31,691 nucleotides of DNA. Source: a virus. The stretch lies in the IMG/VR virus record IMGVR_UViG_3300028833_000401. The stretch is one strand, 5' to 3'. Each line of letters begins with the position of its first letter. The stretch's first letter is position 1. The notes beneath the pieces were generated by a model, which was not told the DNA's origin, did not search any database, and saw only the letters and a list, made by a program, of their open reading frames with translations. Both the position numbers and the translations under genes were made by a program. Positions 8,001-16,482 of this stretch are shown here, piece by piece.

Positions 8001-9989
8001 AAATGTTCCAAATCTATTATCAAAATAATAGTCATCATACATTGGGGTATCAAGGCTATCTCTGAAAATAATATTATTTTTATTATTTAAATGAGCAACA
8101 ACATTAGTTATTGTAAGTCCAGGAGCTCCATAGTTACCTTGAACAACACAAGCGCCAAACAAACCACCAATATTTTTAATACTCTTCTTTGGGAATACAT
8201 AATCAACGCCATTTAAAGTATTATATTCCCAATCACGCTTATAATATGTTTTTTGTTTTAAATCAGTAGAAGTTTCTGGAACATCATATGCACTAATACA
8301 ACTACATATATTTGAAAGATTACCATAATTTTGCATACCAGCAATACCACCCATGAAACCAACAAAGGTTCCAGACGTATATGCAGAACATGATACACAA
8401 ACATTATTAACAATACTATTATTGTTACCAATTAATGGTGAAACATAATATGCTACTCTATTTTGTTGAGATAATTTTATAGACTTATTAAAATATTGTG
8501 CATATTTTAATCTATTATATATTTGTGGACTTAAACCGTATTGATTTCTAAGATATGTACCATTAGGATCATATCCCAATAAATCTGATGGTTCTACTAA
8601 ATATAAACCATTAGAACAAATTTGTCCAGCTTTTTTACCTGCCATTTGAGCAGCTTTATCAATAATAGTTCCATCATACCACAATACATTAAGACGATTC
8701 TTAACATAAGTATTATACATGTAAAAATACGAATGTGTCTCATCGCTAATATTTGGACGAGAATCAAAATAATACCATTCCAATGGTGATTGAATAGCAT
8801 TTGTATCTTGAGTTATACCTTCATAAATAACTGGAGATTCAGTATTCCAATAGAATTGAATATTACCTTGTGCATTATATCCAGAAAATGTTGCAAAAAC
8901 ACCTTCATTGAAATAACCAATGTAAGGAATAATATTACCTGGATTATCATAACAATAATAATTTGGATAATATTCAAAAGTTGTAGTTGATTGAGCTTGG
9001 TCCTTATTATCAGTCTTCATTTTAGAATGATACATTTCAGGAACAAATTTTGTAAAAATAACATTACCATTAAGATTTACATTTTCTATAGCACCATTAT
9101 TTTTACCACATAATATACCAGCATAAATGTTAGAACCATCAGTTGTTAAATGTGTTAATGAAATTGCTTTTTTACATCTTAAAATATTAACACCATCAAT
9201 TCTAACAGTAGAAACTATACCTTCTGTACCAATATAACCGAAAATACCATTAACATCTTCTTGACAGTCAAGAACTATATTAACGAATTTAAAACCATTA
9301 CCATAGAAAACACCTTCAAATGGCTGTGCTGGATTTGAACCAATTGAAAAATTGATTATTTTAAAATCAGAATTATTATCAATAGATGTATTTGCTATTG
9401 AATCAATTGTAAAATCTTGTTTATTAACACCAATATTATCACCTAATACGATATTAATTTTATTATCATAAATTGTGCCATTAACCTTTTCTGCACACCA
9501 TTTTAATTCTTCTGCTGTATTTACATAATAAAAACCACGGAATACAACTTTATCTACAATATTATCGCCAACTGCTTCTTTAACTGTATGGTCAGGTCTT
9601 GTAAAATTATAAAAAATCGTACGGTCTTCATTAGCACTAAAGAACAATTCTTTTAAATGTTCTTGCCCTGGAAATATAGTTAAAAAATATTCAAAATTTT
9701 CTTCAGTAACAAAAAATGGTTTTGACTTTAAATCAGTGGTTTCAAGTTTTTGATAAATATAATTTTCCAAAAACATATTTGTTTTAAAATTGTCAAAATC
9801 ATAAATTTCATCTTTATGATTTGCTTGATAAAACAATTTAAGATCACTACTACTTTTAATATACTCAAGTTTACCATCAAATTCTGCAGTAAATGACTTA
9901 TTTACTGGGAACAGTGTCCAAGTATCTGATAAAGGCACTTCGCCTTCAATTATTCTTCTCTTAAAATCATTAAAAATAAAAGATTCCAT
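5091..9989 (-). CDS. 1632-aa probable tail fibre/adhesin-like virion protein with GLUG-like beta-helix repeats
   Basis: Uninterrupted ORF, N/Y/T/G-rich. Repeats YAGILCGKNNGAIENV, VSPLIGNNNSIVNNV, MGGIAGMQNYGNLSNI and IGGLFG. Termini resemble those of 4144..5091. Confidence 0.65.
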   Translation of the reverse strand: MESFIFNDFKRRIIEGEVPLSDTWTLFPVNKSFTAEFDGKLEYIKSSSDLKLFYQANHKDEIYDFDNFKTNMFLENYIYQKLETTDLKSKPFFVTEENFEYFLTIFPGQEHLKELFFSANEDRTIFYNFTRPDHTVKEAVGDNIVDKVVFRGFYYVNTAEELKWCAEKVNGTIYDNKINIVLGDNIGVNKQDFTIDSIANTSIDNNSDFKIINFSIGSNPAQPFEGVFYGNGFKFVNIVLDCQEDVNGIFGYIGTEGIVSTVRIDGVNILRCKKAISLTHLTTDGSNIYAGILCGKNNGAIENVNLNGNVIFTKFVPEMYHSKMKTDNKDQAQSTTTFEYYPNYYCYDNPGNIIPYIGYFNEGVFATFSGYNAQGNIQFYWNTESPVIYEGITQDTNAIQSPLEWYYFDSRPNISDETHSYFYMYNTYVKNRLNVLWYDGTIIDKAAQMAGKKAGQICSNGLYLVEPSDLLGYDPNGTYLRNQYGLSPQIYNRLKYAQYFNKSIKLSQQNRVAYYVSPLIGNNNSIVNNVCVSCSAYTSGTFVGFMGGIAGMQNYGNLSNICSCISAYDVPETSTDLKQKTYYKRDWEYNTLNGVDYVFPKKSIKNIGGLFGACVVQGNYGAPGLTITNVVAHLNNKNNIIFRDSLDTPMYDDYYFDNRFGTFAAMMELNTSNIGDFWNYTHEINNPQNRCIKVTNGTFGYAEYFAAEDGVLKCSPYCIESEGVNNYQYWMYGVASPLFAELKPTYLATPSVISTLFENVGTPLENNNTYSHVGIFGVDQNFAAPFSNPNFWSINTELDLPGVGGCAIDDTVNHVTGNYNIFAAAGGIPNSIIDRLNTPYSENFSIDVGLMASKLVYWENCQINNNYQQAAQVFTTVKYPAAAQIQPAWCATAVNANMDAVGDIFQCNGAITQAATAVGYNSRNALDYAANKVLTTYPYFGSDLELVPNHDLTYLRDQLGHGFKKVAFTAQNPAFNQAQSDFYVYDGVTADHQLANNVKEVYMTIEEEAFQYMPFTDVPIPGGDRDAQVAKINQLYKVSALLSQENGCNSNRTGVKEGRLVQLSHKFGWRGHYNERLYVPQIKINYGFSIYSDYTSDDERYNTFVIPFDVFTEQDAAAVDTPRPWPPDSTFEGFYIISYVDNGRYGDLNNDRHDYQWREPGRGIGSIHNYLNITKSEVIPITEYFTGFADAERTVQNWTQIPPVPAISRKKVVAKYRWVAENNRFEFIAAADPTQTTTDFSLAATGYFAENINAIIDSSDTAETIAYKKAHFFMDTNRVVLADDGKKYQCYGPLEGEELTFYPAGSLTPLTLPANPDLVIIADNSKGMNETAINLSNVTIEELNWQTQFEKVAAQEPQFTVHYINEWPVSAPYAYNYISLNYALYTIKDNNPDNITYPDPWYKLGIRGKFYNNLAISTHVDNPGLVATGENYTGYDPDGFNMTYLYNRTDAIKNNVNEANKNVSTQDDQLLNYYKYTYEKSAPYLYTDCKNGIPLDVKFDYKNDKTGFWFRMPNTSGHIEYNDKIHYGSNVFNIGKTLSQDSLLNGCFVSAQKTRNEYKWITSGFSADDFEGIYIRDSKEKPVMYIDVGLGECTVGTSWTLSAYPSVNFETESKERYNTLINQTSGLLLEID

Positions 9990-9993
9990 TTAT

Positions 9994-11271
9994 TTACCAC
10001 TTTTTAGCGTAATCAGGTGTCTGAGTTTCTTCTGTTGTAACATTCGGTCTATGAACAGTAAAAGTACACTTCATAGAATTTTCTTTATTTATATTATGTT
10101 GTTCAAACGTTTTAGTTGTATCAAGCATATTAGTATAATCAATAGAATAATCTGTATCGTCATTAGTTGTTGGCGGTTTTTCTCTTAACCAATCATTTTC
10201 TATTGTCTTATTATTACCAGAACCAAAATAATTAGCACATAATGAATTAATCCATGATGCGGCAGTAAAGTCATTATCACCCATCATTCTAAATTCAGGT
10301 GTATCACCACTTTTATAAAATCTTTTTCTAAATAATCCGCCTTCATCTTTTGCAAAATAATATGCATTGCCATTATCAGCATTCCAATAAAATGTTGTAG
10401 CTAAAAATATATCACCTGATGGTAATCGCCAAACAGTAGGAATACCAGTTGATACTGGGTATCTTACATTTGCTTGTGCATATGAACCTAAATAAGTTCC
10501 AATTACTTTTTCTGTGGTAAATGGATTATATAAAGTATTCCAACGTATTGTCTGGAAATTGTTTTGGTCATTTATTGTATATTTTGTATTTTTCTGTAAT
10601 CTAAAACCTACAATATGTTGTAATCTAAATGGCAATAATGAATCAACATGATCTTGATATACATTTTGAACCAAACCACGTATTTGCGCAATATCATTTT
10701 TACCAAAATAAAGTTTTTCATATATATGCTTATCTGTTCCAGGAATAAATGTATAATTAGATAAATAATATCCTCTCGCATCTAATAAAAATGGTTCTTG
10801 GAATTTACGAATGCAAAATAAATCTTGCGAGATTGAAAAAGGATCACTAGCTATTGTTTCATTTGCAATACTAATCCAACCATTCTTACCATTCCAAACA
10901 CTCAATGTAAAAATATTAAGTGCTTCATGGCCATTTGTTGAAACCATATAAGTACACCAGTTCTTTAATTCTTCTAACCAGAACCACTTTATTTCAATAT
11001 TGGTGTTTGTTCCATTTGCATTATAATAACCCTGCTTATCTTTTTCAACACTACCATGTGTTCCATCAGAAATCTTATTATAATATTCAGTTGGAGTAAT
11101 AAAATTATCGGATGCTATTTTTTCATCAATATTATCATTAGTATCTGTTGTTTCCGGATCTATTGGTATTTTTGTCTTATCAATAGTTGAATTAGCATCA
11201 AATATTTTTCCAGTCGCAAATGGTATTGCTGGAATTTCACCATTAATCAAATCAACATATATATTAGCCAT
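9994..11271 (-). CDS. Hypothetical late (probably virion) protein
   Basis: 425-aa ORF, first gene of the late operon containing the 1632-aa protein. Confidence 0.75.
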   Translation of the reverse strand: MANIYVDLINGEIPAIPFATGKIFDANSTIDKTKIPIDPETTDTNDNIDEKIASDNFITPTEYYNKISDGTHGSVEKDKQGYYNANGTNTNIEIKWFWLEELKNWCTYMVSTNGHEALNIFTLSVWNGKNGWISIANETIASDPFSISQDLFCIRKFQEPFLLDARGYYLSNYTFIPGTDKHIYEKLYFGKNDIAQIRGLVQNVYQDHVDSLLPFRLQHIVGFRLQKNTKYTINDQNNFQTIRWNTLYNPFTTEKVIGTYLGSYAQANVRYPVSTGIPTVWRLPSGDIFLATTFYWNADNGNAYYFAKDEGGLFRKRFYKSGDTPEFRMMGDNDFTAASWINSLCANYFGSGNNKTIENDWLREKPPTTNDDTDYSIDYTNMLDTTKTFEQHNINKENSMKCTFTVHRPNVTTEETQTPDYAKKW

Positions 11272-11278
11272 ACATAAA

Positions 11279-11290
11279 TATTTATAAATA
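11279..11290. promoter_or_regulatory. Overlapping bidirectional late promoters (palindrome TATTTATAAATA)
   Basis: TATAAATA on - (11279-11286) and + (11283-11290) between divergent genes. Confidence 0.75.
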
Positions 11291-11318
11291 GAAAAGTGTT
11301 TATTTTAAAGGTGAAATT

Positions 11319-12008
11319 ATGAAAATTGCAGGTTTAGACTTATCCATTACCAGTTCTGGCGTCGTTATTGAAGAAGTTAACGATAAATTTAATATTCAGA
11401 ATTTAGAAAGACATGGATTTACAACTGTTCAGAAAAATGCTATATTACCAGGGTTGGTCTTTTATAGCTATAAAGATTACAATAACGTATATCAACGTTA
11501 TAGTTTCTTGGAAGATACTATTTTAGAATGGTGTAAAGATTGTGATTATATAGCAGTTGAAGCCTTTGCTTTATCTCGCGGTAAAAGCGGTAAAGTCTTC
11601 GATTTGGCTGAATTTGAAGGATATATTAAACAAATTCTCTTTAGAGAAGGTAAAAAACTCAGATTTTATCCGCCTAACCAAAATAAAAAGATTTTCTCTA
11701 CTTATGGTAATGCTGATAAAATTAGAATGAAAAATACTCTTCTTGAAATGAATGAGAAAAAGAGTTATGGTAATATTTTGTTGGATATTTCTGACTTACC
11801 CCCAGTAAAAGATGGTAAGAAAGGTGCAGCTCCAACTTCTGATATTATTGACGCATTCTCACTTTGTGAATCTTTACGACTTGAATTGAAACTTAAATTT
11901 GGTATAGAAAACCTAAATAATCAACCAAAATATATTCAGGAAGTTTTTATAACCAAGACTGATGAACATCCACTTGGACTAATAGCTTCTGATTTTATCT
12001 ATAAATAA
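11319..12008 (+). CDS. ruvC: RuvC-like Holliday junction resolvase
   Basis: IAGLDLSITSSG (Asp), IAVEAF (Glu), LAEFEG, YPPNQNKK...GNADK, SDIIDAF (Asp pair): RNase H-fold RuvC motifs. Confidence 0.85.
   Translation: MKIAGLDLSITSSGVVIEEVNDKFNIQNLERHGFTTVQKNAILPGLVFYSYKDYNNVYQRYSFLEDTILEWCKDCDYIAVEAFALSRGKSGKVFDLAEFEGYIKQILFREGKKLRFYPPNQNKKIFSTYGNADKIRMKNTLLEMNEKKSYGNILLDISDLPPVKDGKKGAAPTSDIIDAFSLCESLRLELKLKFGIENLNNQPKYIQEVFITKTDEHPLGLIASDFIYK
12000..12007 (+). promoter_or_regulatory. T4-type late promoter TATAAATA
   Basis: Overlaps the resolvase stop, 14 nt upstream of the ATG at 12022. Confidence 0.55.
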
Positions 12009-12021
12009 TATAGGATAAATT

Positions 12022-12498
12022 ATGATTGATAAGATTTTTCTTGACATGGACGGTGTTATTGTTAATTTTCGCGGACAATGCGAAAAGTATGAATGTATTA
12101 ATGGTAACAAGGTCAACTGGGAAGTAGTTCACCAAGGAGGACCAGAATTCTGGGAAGAAATGGAGTGGCTTCCTGAAGGTAAAGAACTTTATGAATGGAT
12201 TTTAAAACTCTGTGAACAAGAAAATATAGATTTATTTATCTTAACTTCTGTAAATTTCACAGACGGTAAGATTGGTAAACTGAATTGGTTAAAGAATAAT
12301 ACCAAAATTGATAAACATCACATTATTATTACAAATCTTGGTAAAGAAAAAGAATATTATGCTGATGAAAATTCCGTATTGATTGATGACTTCAGAAAAA
12401 ATTGTGAAGCATTTGCAAATGGTGGTGGTCAATTTGTTAAATATGAAACACCAAGACAAACAAAAGATGATTTAATTACATTACTTGGTAAGAATTAA
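12022..12498 (+). CDS. HAD-family 5'(3')-deoxyribonucleotidase (NT5C-like)
   Basis: IFLDMDGV (motif I), FWEEMEW, ILTS (motif II), K..WL, LIDD (motif IV). Confidence 0.85.
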   Translation: MIDKIFLDMDGVIVNFRGQCEKYECINGNKVNWEVVHQGGPEFWEEMEWLPEGKELYEWILKLCEQENIDLFILTSVNFTDGKIGKLNWLKNNTKIDKHHIIITNLGKEKEYYADENSVLIDDFRKNCEAFANGGGQFVKYETPRQTKDDLITLLGKN

Positions 12499-12503
12499 AA
12501 TTT

Positions 12504-12530
12504 AAGGTTACTCGTTTGAGTAACCTTTTT
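12504..12530. terminator. Bidirectional intrinsic terminator
   Basis: AAGGTTACTC-GTTT-GAGTAACCTT followed by a T-run, between convergent genes. Confidence 0.85.
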
Positions 12531-12533
12531 AAT

Positions 12534-13118
12534 TTAACCATTCTTTAAAACATATCGTTGTATGTTAGGAGCAATTCTAATACTTTGTGTTAGTGCTTTA
12601 TCTAAACGACGAGAAAACATATTGCCTAAACTTTCATCAGCCTTTACAAGTTGCTTATAGAATTCAACTGCATCTTTCCATTCTGGAAGTTCAAGTAATT
12701 CTTCTTCTTCATATTTATCTTCTTTAATCATTCTATTTGCAATCTTCTTAGCGACATTATCAACAATATTTTGAACCATTGCATCAGTCAACTGAACATC
12801 AGATTCCATATTAAAATTCTTCTGTAAATTTTTATTAAACATAGAAGTAGATGCTTTCTGACTTGTATATCCAGATGAAGCTTGAGCATTAAAATCTCTT
12901 GCCATTGCATTAGTAATAAGGCCTAATGATAATGCAATACCAGCAATCCATTGAGCCATCTTACCTTCGTTTAAAACGGCATAGCGATGTTCATTCATAA
13001 TTCTAACTGCTTCATCATATCTTTCTTGTTCTGTAATTTCTCTCTTTTTAGTAGAAAAATAATCACTAAAAGATTGTTTTGGAAGAGTTTTAAAGATTTT
13101 TCCGTATTTTTTATTCAT
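12534..13118 (-). CDS. Hypothetical late protein, probable head-internal protein
   Basis: 194 aa with GGAG SD and late promoter. YDEAVRIMNEHRYAVLNE-G motif is shared with two other ORFs. Confidence 0.75.
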   Translation of the reverse strand: MNKKYGKIFKTLPKQSFSDYFSTKKREITEQERYDEAVRIMNEHRYAVLNEGKMAQWIAGIALSLGLITNAMARDFNAQASSGYTSQKASTSMFNKNLQKNFNMESDVQLTDAMVQNIVDNVAKKIANRMIKEDKYEEEELLELPEWKDAVEFYKQLVKADESLGNMFSRRLDKALTQSIRIAPNIQRYVLKNG

Positions 13119-13142
13119 TTCAAATTCTCCAATATTCTTTAT

Positions 13143-13154
13143 TATTTATAAATA
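13143..13154. promoter_or_regulatory. Overlapping bidirectional late promoters (palindrome TATTTATAAATA)
   Basis: TATAAATA on - (13143-13150) and + (13147-13154) between divergent genes. Confidence 0.75.
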
Positions 13155-13158
13155 ATGT

Positions 13159-14016
13159 ATGGCAGTTCAATCTTATGCTTCTGAATTTTCTAAACTATTT
13201 AAACAGGGTAACTGTTCAGTCCAAGGTAAGGACTGGACAGCTCCGAGATATTTTGACGGTATGGAAAATGACTGTTATAAGGCAGAAGCAGCATTACTTT
13301 CTGAACTTTCTTCTGAAGCATATAATATGTTTGGATTTGAAGTTCAATATTATTTAAAAAACATTGATACTAAAAAAGACAGATTATATGGTGAAGACCC
13401 ATTGGCAAATGTAGAGCGTAGATTCTTGTTAAAAATGTATACTGAATCTATACCGACAATGCAGAGACAATATGAACTTCAGGGTATGATTTTTCCAGAA
13501 ATTATAACATGTCAATGCACTGTTCAACATTTCTATGAAGCATCTCAGCTTTCATATCCAGATATGAAGGATATTTACGAAGCTGAGGTTCCAAAGATTG
13601 GCGATATTGTTTATATCGAATATTCAGACACTTATTATGAAGTAGTTAATGTAAAGGAATTTGCTGAACAGACAACATTCTTGTCTACTCCAATTACTTA
13701 TACATTCAAGTTACGTGTCTGGCACAACAATCATGAAAACGTTGATGAACTCAATGTTAATAATGATCCAATGGATGAATTTAGAAAGTATGCAGAACTT
13801 GCAGAAACATTTAAACTTGATACTTCTACTTCTACAACAGACAAAACAAGTGAAGTCGCGCCTGAATCTGATATGTTATCTACAAATACAGATGCAATGA
13901 CTGATACTGATATTAACAATGAACCAAAAGATAATGTTCCGACTAATGTCATATATAAGTCTGAAGAAATTAAAGAAGAGAATCCACAATACTATGATCC
14001 TTTTGAGGGTTGGTAA
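13159..14016 (+). CDS. gp14: Neck / head-tail adaptor protein (T4 gp14-like)
   Basis: FGFEVQYY...DRLYGED...KMY...PKIGDIVY...YEVVNV matches the gp14-family pattern. Confidence 0.85.
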   Translation: MAVQSYASEFSKLFKQGNCSVQGKDWTAPRYFDGMENDCYKAEAALLSELSSEAYNMFGFEVQYYLKNIDTKKDRLYGEDPLANVERRFLLKMYTESIPTMQRQYELQGMIFPEIITCQCTVQHFYEASQLSYPDMKDIYEAEVPKIGDIVYIEYSDTYYEVVNVKEFAEQTTFLSTPITYTFKLRVWHNNHENVDELNVNNDPMDEFRKYAELAETFKLDTSTSTTDKTSEVAPESDMLSTNTDAMTDTDINNEPKDNVPTNVIYKSEEIKEENPQYYDPFEGW

Positions 14017-14019
14017 TCT

Positions 14020-16074
14020 ATGGGACTTGTAAATATTTTTAATATACAAAGGCTTAGACCACATATCAATTACAGATTCAGTGCTGAAATCTGGCCTAAT
14101 GCTGCTGAAGGTGATAAAATTGAAGAGTATACTAAATTCCAGTATACTATTAAGAAGATTACTCAACCAGTATTTAAACTAGATACCGAAAATAAAAAGG
14201 TTTACGGTAATACTGCATATGTTGTTCCTATCTTTAAGTATGGTGAAACTTCATTAGAAATTACTTTTGAAGAAACAGATAAGATGGAAGTCTTTAAACA
14301 ATTATGCACTTGGATGGGACCGAATCTCTATAAAGGATATTTACCTCCACTTATCAATATACGTGTCACGCAATTTAATGAATCAATGGTAGACGTTGTT
14401 GATAAAAAGGTTTATATATGTCGTTTAAAAGAACATGGAATGCCATCTTTCAATAATAACGGATTTGGTAGTCCAATCGAAATTACTGCTACATTTAATG
14501 TTGTTTACATAATGGATGAACCATTAACATTAGAACATTATAATGATAATGATGAAATAAGTAGATATACTACTGAATATACATTGCCCGATAATAAAGC
14601 ACTTAATGATGCTCTTAAAGAAACACTCAAAAATCATAAAAATGCTGATTCTGCTAATAAAGTATTGAAAGCTGAACGTGCATTGGCTGATAAGAGAATC
14701 GATGAATTGGCTAATGAAAACTTAGATTTAAATGAATATATGATGGAACGTCTTGCTGTTGCTTATGCAAAAAGTATGGAAAATGCTTCTCCTGAACAAC
14801 TTGCTCTTATGCAGCAAATTGCTGAAAGTAAAGGTGGAAGCACAATGGCAAATCAGACCGAAACTCTATTAAATTTCTTGAATGCTAATATTCGTGCTGA
14901 ACATGGTGAGAATACAAAAAAATCTGTTGCTGGTGCTGATTATGAATTAATTGAATTTAATGCCGCAAATGGTGCGGATATTTATGAAACTGAAGCTGTA
15001 GAAAGATTCTTAAAATTTACTAATGCTGATGAAGAAACAGTTGCAGAAATTAGTGACATTTTATATAAGATGAATGAAAATACTGCTAGAATTAATGAAT
15101 TGAATAAACCAGTATCTGATGCTGATTCTCTTGCTAAAGAATTACAGAAAGATTATGCAACTGAAGATGATTTGAATAGAGCAATTAAAGAAGCTGTTGG
15201 TATGGAAGTTGAAGCTCCTAAGAAAGAAACTACACCTACACGTAGTAGTTATAATGGTAATGACCCATTAATAGGTGCTATTGCTGCTTCTTATGAAAAA
15301 GAAGTTACTGCTAGGGAAGGTGAACGTGGACACGTATTCTTCGATATGCTTGATACTGGTGGTGCAAGAGGTACAATTAACCTAGGTTCTGGTTCTTCTG
15401 AAGGTGCTAGAGGATATAGTGACCTTGGTGAAATTACTGTTAACATCAATGGTGTTACAATGCAGTTCAAAGATTCTGCTTCACTTAACAAGGCTGTTCA
15501 AGAAGCATTTGGTGGTAAAGAAGCAATTGTTGACGTATTTTTAGCAAATGGTGGTGGTAAAGGTTATACTACTAAAGAAGAACGTAAGAAAGCAAACTTG
15601 AAAGGTGCTAAAGAAGGTCTTAATCAATTACTTGAAGCATCAGGTGGTGTTATTACGGACGACTATGGTAATAAATCTGTAGTTAAGCTTGATAAAGGTA
15701 AGGGTATTTATCTAAATATTCAGCTTGATGAAAATGCTTCTCAGAGAGTTAGTGATAAGAATATGTTAGTAGATACCGCTGGTTGGTCTGAAAGCACTAG
15801 ACAAACAGTTATTAATAGCAATCAAGGCTCTGCTAATAAGACAGTTCAAGGTATGTTACACTTCGAACATGCTTATAGTGGATTTAAGGCTGTTTGGAAC
15901 CAGTTTAATAAGGATGAAAGTAATGTTCAGATGCTTAATGAAGATATTAAACGTGGAACATTCAGTCAAGCTACATTGGATGAATTATCCAGAAGTGTTG
16001 ATAAGTTAAAAGTTAAAGATAAAACTAAAGCAAGCTTTAAACGTGTTATTAGGGAATATGGTTATCTAAGCTAA
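14020..16074 (+). CDS. Tail-tube-fold (gp19/gp48/gp54-like) N-domain fused to a helical region and a T4-lysozyme-like motif
   Basis: The first ~165 aa (YRFSAEI...TIKKITQP...LEITFEET...W...IRVTQF...ITATF) are tube-fold-like. REGERGHVFFD...TINLG at 15316-15387 resembles the GH24 catalytic motif. Confidence 0.6.
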   Translation: MGLVNIFNIQRLRPHINYRFSAEIWPNAAEGDKIEEYTKFQYTIKKITQPVFKLDTENKKVYGNTAYVVPIFKYGETSLEITFEETDKMEVFKQLCTWMGPNLYKGYLPPLINIRVTQFNESMVDVVDKKVYICRLKEHGMPSFNNNGFGSPIEITATFNVVYIMDEPLTLEHYNDNDEISRYTTEYTLPDNKALNDALKETLKNHKNADSANKVLKAERALADKRIDELANENLDLNEYMMERLAVAYAKSMENASPEQLALMQQIAESKGGSTMANQTETLLNFLNANIRAEHGENTKKSVAGADYELIEFNAANGADIYETEAVERFLKFTNADEETVAEISDILYKMNENTARINELNKPVSDADSLAKELQKDYATEDDLNRAIKEAVGMEVEAPKKETTPTRSSYNGNDPLIGAIAASYEKEVTAREGERGHVFFDMLDTGGARGTINLGSGSSEGARGYSDLGEITVNINGVTMQFKDSASLNKAVQEAFGGKEAIVDVFLANGGGKGYTTKEERKKANLKGAKEGLNQLLEASGGVITDDYGNKSVVKLDKGKGIYLNIQLDENASQRVSDKNMLVDTAGWSESTRQTVINSNQGSANKTVQGMLHFEHAYSGFKAVWNQFNKDESNVQMLNEDIKRGTFSQATLDELSRSVDKLKVKDKTKASFKRVIREYGYLS

Positions 16075-16101
16075 AAAATCAGACTTTTTGCTATTCTTTA
16101 G

Positions 16102-16132
16102 TTTACAAAATTTTACAATCAATCTATATTTG
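16102..16132 (+). promoter_or_regulatory. Host-RNAP-type (early/middle) promoter
   Basis: TTTACA (16102-16107), 17-nt spacer, TATATT (16125-16130). CTATATTT(G/A) recurs at 24024 and 25957. Confidence 0.6.
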
Positions 16133-16136
16133 ATTC

Positions 16137-16428
16137 CATAAATTCCAAAGTCTAATTCCTCGGAGCGAAGACCAATCCAATGGAACTGTCGGTAGAGGGT
16201 TAGCCATTAAAGATACTAGAACTGTGTCTTTCATTTATATGATCCGGTATTAACGGATAATGGAATGTTCATCGAAATACTGTATAGCAAGCAGTATATT
16301 TAGCCGCCATTGGTAGGGCGAGATATAGCCGGAGTACAGGATGACCGACCCGTAAGCTCGTTTGTAAATCCACTTAGTCGAAGACAGATGTACTAGTCTT
16401 TTGCCTATTTCCTTAAATAGGCTTATTG
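16137..16428 (+). ncRNA. Candidate structured non-coding RNA (~290 nt), family unassigned
   Basis: ORF-free, hand-counted 41% GC over 16141-16420, at least six predicted helices, promoter upstream and an 8-bp closing hairpin (16403-16422) followed by TTATTGT. Boundaries are estimates. Confidence 0.55.
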
Positions 16429-16474
16429 TCTCTACAGATATTTTGAACGTGTGTATAGATAGATATTTAAAATT

Positions 16475-16482
16475 TATAAATA
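16475..16482 (+). promoter_or_regulatory. T4-type late promoter TATAAATA
   Basis: 32 nt upstream of the ATG at 16515 (AAGGTG SD). Confidence 0.7.

Noticed and set aside
16174-16262. SAM-I riboswitch or twister/pistol ribozyme resemblance (ATCCA...GGTAGAGGG...GCC...GGATAA)
   Set aside because: Spacing is wrong, and the GCAAC/GUGC (SAM-I), GGUCCYAAGCC (twister) and UAAGCCCUAAG (pistol) cores are missing.
16190-16335. Canonical group I intron (GTAGAGGGTTA as R, GAGATATAGCCG as S)
   Set aside because: The P7 closing pair would be A-G, P6 is marginal, and no interrupted gene flanks the element. Kept only as a low-probability option within the ncRNA finding.
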